From: Holosporales bacterium | GTDB taxonomy: Bacteria; Pseudomonadota; Alphaproteobacteria; Holosporales; CAZGKG01 | Assembly (NCBI GenBank): GCA_044361745.1 | Contig: JBIKIF010000001.1 | Location: 160,557 to 224,556, forward strand | Reading direction: 5' to 3' | DNA: 64,000 nucleotides | Shown: one piece after another, positions 30,403 to 40,077 of the stretch | Layout: the number at the start of each line of letters is the position of its first letter | Numbering within the stretch: position 1 is the first letter of the stretch | Translations under genes and position numbers: made by a program | Notes under the pieces: generated by a model | The model's input: the letters and a program-made list of their open reading frames with translations, nothing else | Database searches by the model: none | What the model was told of the DNA's origin: nothing

Positions 30403-31839
30403 ATGATGGGGAAAGCTCAAGCGCTCCAGAAAGATGTCATCATTGTAGGCGGGGGTCCGGGAGGATACGTCGCCGCTATTCGGGCTGCTCAGCTTGGCTT
30501 GAAGACTTTGGTGGTGGAGGCGGCTGACTTAGGAGGCGTTTGTTTGAATTGGGGATGTATCCCAACAAAAGCCCTATTAAAATCAGCTGAAGCTTATCAT
30601 TTGGCAACCCATCTTGGGGATTTTGGGGTGACAGTTGGGCCTGTTTCCTTTGATTTATCCCAGATGGTGGCGCGTTCCCGTAGGATCTCAGGGACCCTTG
30701 GACAAGGGGTGAGTGCCCTCTTGAAGAAAAACAAAGTCGAGGTGATCCAAGGTTTTGGGGCATTAGGTCCCCGGACCCCAGAGGGTCATACGCTTTTGAT
30801 CACGGGATCGGACGGCCCCCAGACTGCATCTGCTCCCCATGTGATTCTGGCAACGGGCACACGGCCCATGGTTCTCAAGGGATTGGAGAGTCACCCTGCT
30901 CAGGGAAGTGCTCAGGTGATTTGGACGGCGCGGGAAGCAATGGTTCCGGAAAAATTGCCTCAGGATTTGTTGGTTGTGGGTTCGGGAGCCATTGGACTTG
31001 AATTCGCAAGTTTCTATTCTATGTTGGGCGTTCGGGTTCGGCTGATTGAAATGCAAGCGGATATTTTGGCCAGCGCAGACCCTGATATTTCTGCAGCCCT
31101 GCATCAAAGCTTTCAGAAGCGGGGCATTGAGATTCAAACGTCCACAACGGTTGAAGCTTGGAAGCTAGGCTCTCAGGGAAGGGCGGATGTCGTTTTGAAG
31201 ACGCCCAAAGGGCCTGAACAGATTCAGGTGGACCATATTCTTGTGGCGGCAGGTGTTATTGGGAACACAGAAAATTTGGGCTTAGAGAATACGCGGGTCC
31301 GTGTGGAGAAAGGGAGGATTCAAACCCATCCAGGAGGGGCGACCGATGAGCCAGGCATTTACGCCATTGGGGACGTCACAATGGGACCTGGTCTTGCCCA
31401 TAAGGCCAGCCATGAGGGGATCATTTGTGTCGAGCGCATTGCAGGGCATCAAACCCATGGGGTTGATTTTCATCAAGTGCCTTCCTGTATTTATAGTACC
31501 CCTCAAGTGGCCTGGATCGGTTTGACAGAACCTCAAGTCAAGGCTACCGGTTTGCCTTTCGTGGTCGGGAAATTCCCGTTTATGGCAAACGGGAAAGCCC
31601 TCACTCTTGGTGAATCAGAGGGGTTTACAAAAGTGATTTTTGACAAGGAAACAGGGGCACTTTTGGGAGCTCATTTGATTGGCGCAGAGGTGACAGAGCT
31701 AATCTCTTCCTTTGCGATGGCTCAAGTGTTGGAGGGGACAGAGGAAGATTTTATGAAAACCATTTTCCCCCACCCCACATTGTCTGAAGCGATTCATGAA
31801 TCCGTCTTAAAGGCTTTAGATCGGGGAATTCATTTTTAA
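30403..31839 (+). CDS. lpdA: dihydrolipoyl dehydrogenase
   Basis: GGGPGGY, GGVCLNWGCIPTKALL, HPTLSE. Confidence 0.96.
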   Translation: MMGKAQALQKDVIIVGGGPGGYVAAIRAAQLGLKTLVVEAADLGGVCLNWGCIPTKALLKSAEAYHLATHLGDFGVTVGPVSFDLSQMVARSRRISGTLGQGVSALLKKNKVEVIQGFGALGPRTPEGHTLLITGSDGPQTASAPHVILATGTRPMVLKGLESHPAQGSAQVIWTAREAMVPEKLPQDLLVVGSGAIGLEFASFYSMLGVRVRLIEMQADILASADPDISAALHQSFQKRGIEIQTSTTVEAWKLGSQGRADVVLKTPKGPEQIQVDHILVAAGVIGNTENLGLENTRVRVEKGRIQTHPGGATDEPGIYAIGDVTMGPGLAHKASHEGIICVERIAGHQTHGVDFHQVPSCIYSTPQVAWIGLTEPQVKATGLPFVVGKFPFMANGKALTLGESEGFTKVIFDKETGALLGAHLIGAEVTELISSFAMAQVLEGTEEDFMKTIFPHPTLSEAIHESVLKALDRGIHF

Positions 31840-31862
31840 AAATGGAATGCGCCCGTCTGAAC

Positions 31863-31878
31863 TGGCACACCCTTTGCT
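31863..31878 (+). promoter_or_regulatory. sigma-54 (-24/-12) promoter of motAB
   Basis: TGGCAC-ACCCT-TTGCT, exact TGGCAC-N5-TTGCW consensus 30 bp before the motA ATG. Confidence 0.75.
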
Positions 31879-31908
31879 CAAGTATTGGGGCAACAGGGAG
31901 GACTCGCG

Positions 31909-32769
31909 ATGCTTTGGCTCACAGGAGCAGTCATTGTTATTTTAAGTGTACTTTTGGGGTATGTCGCCGAGGGCGGTGTTCTTCGGGTTATCTGGCAGCC
32001 TTTTGAGTTTTTAATCATTATCGGCGCCTCGATTGGAGCATTGATTACGTCATCTACCCGTTATTTACTGGGGGAAATGGCGACTTCATTTAAGTCTCTG
32101 TTGTCAGGGCCGCGCTATGACAAAGAATCCTATACACAGCTTTTAAGCATCCTCTATTTGATGTTTAAGCTTGCGAAAACCAAAGGAAATGTTGCTCTCG
32201 AGGCGCATATCGAAAACCCGGACAACAGTTCTATTTTGGGTCAGTTTCCAAAATTTCTTGCCGACGAAAGAGCCACAACCTTTCTCTGCGATTATCTTCG
32301 TATGCTCACGATGGGGACGGAAAATCCCAACGAACTGGAGAGCCTTTTTGACGAGGAATTAGCCACCCTCCATGCGCAGGTCATGCGTGTTCCTAGCCTT
32401 TTACAAAATACTTCTGACGGTATCCCAGCCCTTGGGATTGTGGCGGCTGTTCTTGGGGTGATTCAAACGATGGCGTCGATCTCCCAACCTCCTGAGGTTT
32501 TGGGACATTTGATTGGCGCCGCCCTCGTGGGAACGTTTTTGGGGGTTCTTTTGGCCTATGGATTTGTGGGGCCGGTGGCGAGTGGAATGCGTGCCATTAA
32601 TACGACTGACATGAAATATTTTGAATCCATGAAAGCTGGAATCTTAGCCCATCTCCATGGGCAACCGCCGTCTATTGCTGTTGAATTTGCCCGTAAAACA
32701 ATTTTTAGCGAGGTGCGTCCGACATTCTATGAGCTGGAACAGACGGTTTCAAAGTTGACTATTGAGTAA
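31909..32769 (+). CDS. motA: flagellar stator MotA
   Basis: WQPFEFLII, LEAHIENP, PALGIVAAVLG, ALVGTFLG, AVEFARK. Confidence 0.95.
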   Translation: MLWLTGAVIVILSVLLGYVAEGGVLRVIWQPFEFLIIIGASIGALITSSTRYLLGEMATSFKSLLSGPRYDKESYTQLLSILYLMFKLAKTKGNVALEAHIENPDNSSILGQFPKFLADERATTFLCDYLRMLTMGTENPNELESLFDEELATLHAQVMRVPSLLQNTSDGIPALGIVAAVLGVIQTMASISQPPEVLGHLIGAALVGTFLGVLLAYGFVGPVASGMRAINTTDMKYFESMKAGILAHLHGQPPSIAVEFARKTIFSEVRPTFYELEQTVSKLTIE

Positions 32770-32798
32770 AGCCGTTAACGAACCGGAGGGAACTCATC

Positions 32799-33767
32799 AT
32801 GGATTCTCCTAAAAAAGGCGACAAAAATCCAGTCATCATCAATATCATTCGTAAAAAAAAGCACATGGATCATGAAGTCCATGGGGCTGGCTGGAAGATT
32901 GCTTACGCCGATTTTATGACGGCGATGATGACTTTTTTCCTTGTCATGTGGTTGACCAGTAGTATGTCCCAGGACCAGAAAAAAGGAGTGGCTCAATATT
33001 TCGATCCTATTGGTGCGATGGAAGGGGCCAGTGGTGTTGGAGGCGCGCTAGGGGGGAAGGCTTTGAGTGCGGATGGGCCTTTTTCCCATATGACAGCAGC
33101 CATGCAGCTGAATCCACCCTTAGGCGCTGAAACGAAAACGACGGAAGGCCTGGGGGCATTTGAAGAGAAAAATAAGTCTCAAAAAGACAATCAAGACAAA
33201 GAGCTTGAAGAGGATTTGAAAAAAGAAAAAAAAGCTTTTGAGGTTTTAGAAAAAAATCTCTATGAAGCGATGATGAACGATAGTCGTCTGCACGACATGA
33301 TGGATTTTGTGAAGTTTGAGAGAACGCCTGATGGTTTGCGGATCGATTTGATTGAGAATTATAAGCGTCCAATGTTTGCCCTTGGGCAATTTCAGATTCA
33401 CCCTGATACCAAGCCACTGCTTGATGCCGTTGCATCTGTTTTAAAAAACCTGCGCAATCCCGTATCGATTGAGGGCCATACGGACGGGACCCCGTATCCT
33501 CCCGGTGCTTCGTTCACAAACTGGGAACTCTCTCTGGCACGGGCGAACGAGACGCGGAAACATCTGGAGGCATCTATTCAGGGGCTCAATGTCGTACAGG
33601 TCGTGGGGAAAGCGGATAAATTCTTGTCTGTCCCCAGTGAGCCAAGATCATCATTGAATCGCAGGATGAGCCTCGTGATCTGGAGCCAATCTAAAAATTC
33701 TTCCTCGAGTTCTCAGGGCCATGGCTCATCCCAGGGGGTGTCTGACCAGAATCGCAATCAATCTTGA
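32799..33767 (+). CDS. motB: flagellar stator MotB
   Basis: WKIAYADFMTAMMTFFLVMWL, IEGHTD, NWELS..RA, NRR. Confidence 0.95.
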   Translation: MDSPKKGDKNPVIINIIRKKKHMDHEVHGAGWKIAYADFMTAMMTFFLVMWLTSSMSQDQKKGVAQYFDPIGAMEGASGVGGALGGKALSADGPFSHMTAAMQLNPPLGAETKTTEGLGAFEEKNKSQKDNQDKELEEDLKKEKKAFEVLEKNLYEAMMNDSRLHDMMDFVKFERTPDGLRIDLIENYKRPMFALGQFQIHPDTKPLLDAVASVLKNLRNPVSIEGHTDGTPYPPGASFTNWELSLARANETRKHLEASIQGLNVVQVVGKADKFLSVPSEPRSSLNRRMSLVIWSQSKNSSSSSQGHGSSQGVSDQNRNQS

Positions 33768-33836
33768 GTGAGATGGGTTTTCTTGGTCTTTTTTTTGCAG
33801 AGTTTTCTAGAAGACCTAAAAATGGAGTTGAAATAT

Positions 33837-34001
33837 ATGGAACGGATCTCTTTGATTGTTGTTTTAAGTGCTTTAGCCTGTGGACTTTCCGGATGTGCTC
33901 AAGAAGCCGCTGTTGTTGAGGGGATGTCTAAGAACGCAAAAGATCATGCGATTAAAAAAAAGACAAACGAGATTCTCAATAAATTCATGAAAAAAATCTA
34001 G
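33837..34001 (+). CDS. small lipoprotein
   Basis: lipobox LSGC after hydrophobic stretch; GGAG upstream of ATG 33837. Confidence 0.6.
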   Translation: MERISLIVVLSALACGLSGCAQEAAVVEGMSKNAKDHAIKKKTNEILNKFMKKI

Positions 34002-34014
34002 GTGGGTTTGTAAA

Positions 34015-34065
34015 TTCTGTGAACATTTCCCAATATGGATTCAATATGAAGAAATGTTCACAGAA
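34015..34065. terminator. 15-bp perfect inverted repeat between convergent genes
   Basis: TTCTGTGAACATTTC-N21-GAAATGTTCACAGAA. Confidence 0.65.
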
Positions 34066-34066
34066 C

Positions 34067-35002
34067 CTAAAGATTGTCAGAAGAACCGCGATTCTGAATT
34101 TTTTGAAAAATCACCATAGGCAGAAGCAATAACAGCACCATCAAAACCGCAAGCCCAGATGCCACAGGCCAATCTCGGTTATAGAAAAATTCATTCCAAA
34201 GGACTTTTCCAATCATGAGAATTTTTGAGCCCCCCAGAAGCTCAGGGATTACGAACTCCCCAACGGCCGGAATAAACACAAGCATGGCCCCCCCCAGAGT
34301 TCCTCGAAACGAAAGCGGAACTACGACTTTCCAGAAAGCCCGAATCGGTTGGCAGCCAAGGTCAGAAGCCGCCTCCACTAAGGTCAAATCAATTTTCTCC
34401 AGAGCCGCATACAGGGGAAGAATCATGAAAGGGAGGTAAGCGTACACAATTCCTAAACCGACAGAGAAAAAATTATCCATCAGGGGGAGCGGCGTTTTGA
34501 TCCAGCCCAAATGGATCAGCAGATGATTCACAAATCCTTGGTCACTGAGCAGCCCCATCCACGCATACACCCGGACCAAGAATGAGGTCCAAAACGGCAG
34601 AATGACCAGCATTAACAAAGGAAGCTTCCATTTTTCAGGTGCGCGCGTAATCCCGTAAGCCATGGGATACCCAATCATTAAGCAAACCACTGTGGTGAAA
34701 AAAGCCACCCACAACGAGTTGATGTAGGCAGTCAAATAAAGATGATCCCCTAAAATGAAAAGATAATTGCTGAGGCTTAAGCGAATTTCTAAGGTTTCAC
34801 TGTTCACCCAAGACCACAGGGGTTTGTAGGGGGGGATTGCAATCACGCCTTCGGAGAAACTAATGCCTACAATAATCGCAAAGGGAATCAGAAAAAAAAG
34901 AACCAGCCAGAAATAAGGAATCCAAGCCACAAGCCCGAACGGCACGAGATTCCCAGAATCTCTCAAACGTCGCAGCCAATTTTTAAAAAACTCAAATTCC
35001 AT
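34067..35002 (-). CDS. potH: putrescine/polyamine ABC permease (PotH/PotB)
   Basis: LPFWTSFLVRVYAW, YLPFMILPLY, EAASDLG, FIPAVGEFVIPELLGG, NRDWPVAS. Confidence 0.9.
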   Translation of the reverse strand: MEFEFFKNWLRRLRDSGNLVPFGLVAWIPYFWLVLFFLIPFAIIVGISFSEGVIAIPPYKPLWSWVNSETLEIRLSLSNYLFILGDHLYLTAYINSLWVAFFTTVVCLMIGYPMAYGITRAPEKWKLPLLMLVILPFWTSFLVRVYAWMGLLSDQGFVNHLLIHLGWIKTPLPLMDNFFSVGLGIVYAYLPFMILPLYAALEKIDLTLVEAASDLGCQPIRAFWKVVVPLSFRGTLGGAMLVFIPAVGEFVIPELLGGSKILMIGKVLWNEFFYNRDWPVASGLAVLMVLLLLLPMVIFQKIQNRGSSDNL

Positions 35003-35052
35003 CTGGCTTGCCCTTTATAAAGCTTCCTTAGACGCGTGTTCCTCTGATGGTT

Positions 35053-35382
35053 TTAAAATCCGGGAAATCCAGGGGGCAAGCTCAAGCCGTTGGTAATCTT
35101 CGCAAGCTCGTCCGAGGTCAGCTTGTCCATTCTCTGGCGTGCATCTGCAAAAGCAGCCACCAAAAGATCTTCCAACACTTCTTTTTCATCTTCCTTCAGG
35201 AGAGATGGATCAATTGTAACCTGAGACAGCGCCCCTTTTCCAGAAATCGTGACCGTCACAAGGCCCCCACCGGACGTTCCAACCACCTCAAAAGTTGCAA
35301 CTTTTTCTTGAAAGGCTTGCATTTTTGCCTGCATCGCCTGGGCTTGAGCCATCATATTTTTCATACTCACGGAAGTCTCCAT
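35053..35382 (-). CDS. ybaB: YbaB/EbfC nucleoid-associated protein
   Basis: MMAQAQAMQ, GTSGGGLV, EVLEDLLVAA. Confidence 0.93.
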   Translation of the reverse strand: METSVSMKNMMAQAQAMQAKMQAFQEKVATFEVVGTSGGGLVTVTISGKGALSQVTIDPSLLKEDEKEVLEDLLVAAFADARQRMDKLTSDELAKITNGLSLPPGFPGF

Positions 35383-35584
35383 TAAAGGTGAACATTGAAT
35401 GGCATTTTAACGATGGCTTTTCTTAAAGTCTACAGAGGGGCGCCCCCACCCTAAAAATTTTAAGAGACGCTTTGGTCCGAACGGGACGTTCAAATGTTTC
35501 CTTGACCTTTGGAATTTCGAGGCAGACGCGCCCCAGAGCCCATTCCACAACGACTCCTAACCAAAAGATTGTAGGACTGGTGAT

Positions 35585-36943
35585 TTAGGCCATAGACTCT
35601 GAGTTATCAAGATAAAGCATGATTTGCTGTGGGCGTGTGCTCTGAGTATCTGAGATATTGAAAAGCCTCAAGCAATCTCCTGATGCAATGTAGCGCGGGT
35701 CCTTAGAGACTGCGAACAAAACAACCCCTCTCGGCGGGGCCAGTTTTAACTCAGGAACTGCAGTCAAAATCGTGCGCTCTGCTCCCAGAACACGAGTTTC
35801 TTGAGCAAAATTCACAAAATGGTCTGTGGCAATCACCGCATCCTGAATCCAGCGCATGATTGTATCTTCGCTGACACCCGCAGGGGCTTGCGCACCTAGA
35901 ATCAAACGTCCATCACCCACCAGCCACTCTGTCCGTAAATCAAGACTATAGACGCGGTCTTTTTGTACCATCGCAATCGCGACATAGGACTCTTCGATAT
36001 TGTTGAGGATTTCATCCGTGGTCTCAAAAAGCTCACCAAAGCATTGACTCAGGTGATTATGGTCATAGGGGGAAAACAAAGGAGGATACTGTCCCTGCCG
36101 AACCGCTAAAAAATGACTGACCAGTGACGAAAGAGCCTTAAAAACATCATAAGGATGACTCATCCCCGTTGCTAAAACCGCCTCAAATCCTAAGAGCCCG
36201 ACAACCAAATGTTGACGAATCTTCTCAAGGCCTGATGTCATAGAAGCGGTCGTTTCGTATGTGTCCGCAGACAAAGTATTATGTATCTTATTCTGAAGGT
36301 AGGCAAGCTTGTCCCGAATGCGTTTTGTCAGGTTGACACATGCAATTCCCAGCGGGGAATCGAGAGTAACCCGCATCTGGGCAGGGACAAAAGACGTTTG
36401 GGTAAATTTGTTGCCCCCACGAACGACCTCACACAAAGAAACCCCGATAGAACGACTTGGTAACGAGTCAACAGCCAAAGAAACCTGAGGTTTCAAGCGC
36501 GTGATGCTCGTCGCCGATTCCCCCGTGTTCATATCCTGAACAGGCTGGGATTCGGTTGAGACATAACGCGTCAACGCACTGCTTTCAAATCCAGGGACCG
36601 GCTCCTCTGGAAGAGTCAGATAAATGACGAAAGGCTGTCCGTCTTTGATTGTTGAAACGGTTGTCAAGTCTAATTCAAGGTTGTCAGCAGCACTTTCCGG
36701 AAAAAAAACAATGGTCCCGTCTGGGAGAAGAGCTTCCATGGAAACGACGCGAAAGAATCCATTGATCAAACGCGCCGTATCGATCACCAAAGAGACAACT
36801 CCCCAGTGATAAGGAGTCAGATATGTCAGATGATATCGCCATAAATGATACTGGCGCAAATCAGCCTGTTGGAAATGCTGAGGGACAAGAAACATGCCCT
36901 CATACCACTGAATAGGATTAGGATTAAATCTTGAAAGGGTCAT
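35585..36943 (-). CDS. tssK: type VI secretion baseplate subunit TssK
   Basis: IQWYEGMFLVPQHFQQ N-terminus, WGV, LPDGT, HPY, YDHNHL..CF; ~450 aa. Confidence 0.88.
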   Translation of the reverse strand: MTLSRFNPNPIQWYEGMFLVPQHFQQADLRQYHLWRYHLTYLTPYHWGVVSLVIDTARLINGFFRVVSMEALLPDGTIVFFPESAADNLELDLTTVSTIKDGQPFVIYLTLPEEPVPGFESSALTRYVSTESQPVQDMNTGESATSITRLKPQVSLAVDSLPSRSIGVSLCEVVRGGNKFTQTSFVPAQMRVTLDSPLGIACVNLTKRIRDKLAYLQNKIHNTLSADTYETTASMTSGLEKIRQHLVVGLLGFEAVLATGMSHPYDVFKALSSLVSHFLAVRQGQYPPLFSPYDHNHLSQCFGELFETTDEILNNIEESYVAIAMVQKDRVYSLDLRTEWLVGDGRLILGAQAPAGVSEDTIMRWIQDAVIATDHFVNFAQETRVLGAERTILTAVPELKLAPPRGVVLFAVSKDPRYIASGDCLRLFNISDTQSTRPQQIMLYLDNSESMA

Positions 36944-37274
36944 GCGTCTTAAAAGCTCTATATGAAACGCCCACGGCACCCCAAAAAATTATTTGACTAT
37001 TTACTGTTAACTCTATCATAACCCCTTTGAAAAGCAATATAGTTTTCTGGGAATTTGATCACACAGGTGATGTAAGATTTTCTCAGAAATTCCCCCTGTT
37101 TTAATGGCTGTAAAAATAACTTTTTTTTAAACCCAATCTCCCCCTTTAAACGTGCCCCAATGGTCTGGAAATTGCCATTGATTCTGTCGGTGAGAGAAAA
37201 GGCGAGGCGTGACCAGATGAGCCCCATTTTTTCTTCCCAGGAAATCAAAGCCACTGCTAACACATTGCCCTCCT

Positions 37275-37289
37275 TTAAAGATCTTTTAA
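37275..37289. promoter_or_regulatory. possible CtrA site
   Basis: TTAA-AGATCTT-TTAA in the divergent tssK / secreted-protein spacer. Confidence 0.35.
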
Positions 37290-37428
37290 GGGGGCAGCGA
37301 TAAAAATGACTTTAAGACAATTTGTTGACAAGGGGCGTCCGAGAGGATCCTGAGGAAACAAGAGGGTTGGGCCCCACCCGGTTCTCACACATATTTCTTG
37401 CGGGGCAGAGAACGTAAAGGAGATTTTT

Positions 37429-37974
37429 ATGAAGAAAACAGTATTCACCATCGGGGCCGTCCTCCTGATCACATCAGGATTCGTTTCAGAAAGTTTTGGA
37501 CAAAGCTCCTCAGGGAGCGGTTCCGCCCCCCCCCCACCACCATCACCGGGACCAACAACGGGAACAGCGCCAGTACTATTATCTGGAGCAAACAAAGTGT
37601 CAGGAACTAAGACGACTGTAGAGGATAGGAGTGCAGAAATCTTAAGCTTAACTATTGTGAAAGATATCCTCAAAGAGCTTCAGGAGAATAGTCCCGGCTT
37701 CTGTGATGCTCGCAAAAAAATGTCTCTTAAAGACACTGCATCTTGCGCACTCAAAAAAGATGAACCAAGCTCATTTGTAAACTTGCAGAAAATGGCAGGC
37801 ACAGAAGCAAAGCAGCACCTGTGCGCCGTCACAGCGCATACTGGCCGTAATTTTTACCACAGCACGACCGGTGGTCTAAAAAAGTTTATTGGGAGAGGAG
37901 ATGCCAACGACAAAGCGAACTCTGGATGGGACAGAAGGATCAATGACTGTTACACTCGAGTTTTCAGCAAATAA
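37429..37974 (+). CDS. hypothetical secreted protein
   Basis: AAGGAG RBS, Sec-type signal peptide, Ser/Pro-rich linker, four Cys. Confidence 0.75.
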   Translation: MKKTVFTIGAVLLITSGFVSESFGQSSSGSGSAPPPPPSPGPTTGTAPVLLSGANKVSGTKTTVEDRSAEILSLTIVKDILKELQENSPGFCDARKKMSLKDTASCALKKDEPSSFVNLQKMAGTEAKQHLCAVTAHTGRNFYHSTTGGLKKFIGRGDANDKANSGWDRRINDCYTRVFSK

Positions 37975-37978
37975 GGCT

Positions 37979-38596
37979 TCAAACCCGCCCCCGAAGACCT
38001 TGGATGATCTCTGACGCCGGGGTGGTGTGGTGGAAATGGGTGAGAAACTGACCGTTGGGATCCATCACGTAGATGATGGAGGAATGGTCGATGAGAGGCT
38101 CTGTGCTCCCCTCCTGGGGGGCGGGGGCCGCATACACGCGCCAGGCTTTCATGGCCTGGCGGATTTGTTTTAGGGTGCCTGTGAGCATCCGAAACGTGGG
38201 ATGGAAATTGGCGGCATAGTCTGCCAAAGCCTCCACCGTATCTCGCTCGGGATCCACCGTGATGAACAGAGGTTGAATCAGCTGGCCCTTCGGGTCGAGC
38301 GCTTCCATTACCTGGCTCAAAGTCCCCAGGGCCATGGGGCAAATATCCGGGCAGAACCGGTATCCAAAATAGATCATCAGGGTTTTCCCAGGCCAGCTGT
38401 TTTCCGTACACCGATTCCCCAATTGGTCCCGCAAAACAAACGCCCCGCCCAAAGGAACAGTCCCTTGGGGGAGAGCCCCTGGGGAGCCTCCAGCCACAGA
38501 CGTCCCAGGCGCCTGCCGGTGGGTTGCCTGATAAATTCCCACCCCGGCAAGCACTCCTAACCCTAAAAAAAGGCCTGCTTTGACCCCAGAACGCAT
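37979..38596 (-). CDS. SCO1/SenC copper chaperone
   Basis: YFGYRFCPDICP, FITVDPERD, DHSSIIY. Confidence 0.94.
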   Translation of the reverse strand: MRSGVKAGLFLGLGVLAGVGIYQATHRQAPGTSVAGGSPGALPQGTVPLGGAFVLRDQLGNRCTENSWPGKTLMIYFGYRFCPDICPMALGTLSQVMEALDPKGQLIQPLFITVDPERDTVEALADYAANFHPTFRMLTGTLKQIRQAMKAWRVYAAPAPQEGSTEPLIDHSSIIYVMDPNGQFLTHFHHTTPASEIIQGLRGRV

Positions 38597-39100
38597 GCGC
38601 CCTCCTCTTGATTCCAGTCACTCTCTGATCAGCTGATCCTTGGTGGGGATTAAAATAACACTGTGATCCCCCTAAACCTAGACCCCACGACTGTCCGGTA
38701 CTGAGCCTCCATTCAACATTGATGGAGAATCGGGCTGAGTGAGATACCCTAAATTCGGGAAGTGATGGAGTGCGCTTTTTGCGCGTCCAAAATTGTCGTG
38801 GCTTCCCAGTGGGCGTGGGGCATTCCCCCCACGCTTTGCGCTCTTGGCGCGGTGGGGATGACGGAACTGTATGGCTGATCCCATAATTTGAGAACAGGTC
38901 GTTCTGTTGGTTTCCAGCAGATTTTCTTGGGGAAAACTTGCTTTTTTGTCCCTGCTCCTATAGAATTGAAACCTGATCTGAGTTCGCCCTTTCAGGGCGG
39001 AAGCTGGCCCGTGATAAGGATGGAGGCAATCCTCAGGCTGCCAGACCCCTTCCAAAAATCTCACAAACTCTTTATCTTTGACCCGCTGATATCAATGGAG

Positions 39101-40048
39101 ATGTGTGTGCATATTATTTTTGACTCAGACCCTGGGATTGATGACGCCGTCGCTCTCCTCATGGCGTTTGCCTCCCCAGAAATCAATCTCTTGGGCCTCA
39201 CAACCGTTGTGGGGAATGCGCCCTTGTCTCAAATCACTCGCAACGCTCTCCAGGTGAGAGAGCTCGGTGCGTCTGGACATGTGCCTCTGTTTCAAGGCTG
39301 TCCCCGGCCCCTTCTCAGTTGGACCCATTATGATCCCACCCAAACGTCTGCCCAGTTTGATTACGTCAAAAAAATCCATGGTGAGCAGGGGCTGGGGGGA
39401 TCGACGCTCCCCCCTCCCACATTAGAAGTCTCAGACGAACACGCTGTCTCTTTTCTGATGCGAAGCTTGCGAGACGCTCCCGAGCCCATTACCCTTCTGT
39501 GTACAGGCCCGCTTACAAACTTAGCCACCGCCCTGATCATGGCGCCCGATATTCGCAAAAATATTGAGCGGGTCCTGGTGATGGGGGGCAGTCGCAGTCG
39601 GGGGAACATCACAGAAACGGCCGAACATAATTTTTTCGTAGACCCTCATGCCGCTTTTGTGGTGTTTAATTCCGATCTCCCGATCGTCCTCAGCACGCTC
39701 GATTTAACCCGCAAAGTGGCAGTCACAGAAGATCTTTTAAGCCGCATGCGGACCAGCAGCTTCTCCGTTCCGCGTCAGGTGGTGGACATCATCGAAAGTC
39801 GCCCTCAAGCCCATTATGAGCCCGGCATGACAACGAATGTGCTGCATGATCCCACGGTTGTCGCCTATCTGTTGGCTCCCGATCTGTTTCAGACTTGCAA
39901 AGCGACGGTTCAAATTGTTCCAGAAAAGGGGCCAGACCTTGGGCGCTCTCTCATTTCTCTGGACACGGAAGGCTCTGTCACCCTTTTGACGGACATCCAT
40001 CTTGAAGGGTTTCATACCTTAATGATAGACTTGCTTGAGCGACTTTAA
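39101..40048 (+). CDS. inosine/uridine-preferring nucleoside hydrolase family
   Basis: DSDPGIDDAVAL, TGPLTNLA, MGGS..GN, AEHNFFVDPHAA, HDP. Confidence 0.93.
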   Translation: MCVHIIFDSDPGIDDAVALLMAFASPEINLLGLTTVVGNAPLSQITRNALQVRELGASGHVPLFQGCPRPLLSWTHYDPTQTSAQFDYVKKIHGEQGLGGSTLPPPTLEVSDEHAVSFLMRSLRDAPEPITLLCTGPLTNLATALIMAPDIRKNIERVLVMGGSRSRGNITETAEHNFFVDPHAAFVVFNSDLPIVLSTLDLTRKVAVTEDLLSRMRTSSFSVPRQVVDIIESRPQAHYEPGMTTNVLHDPTVVAYLLAPDLFQTCKATVQIVPEKGPDLGRSLISLDTEGSVTLLTDIHLEGFHTLMIDLLERL

Positions 40049-40077
40049 CCGTTCTTTTCCCAAAAAAGGGCAGTATC

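Noticed and set aside
37950-38621. 223-aa alternative minus-strand ORF
   Set aside because: Overlaps the SCO gene in another frame; no motifs.
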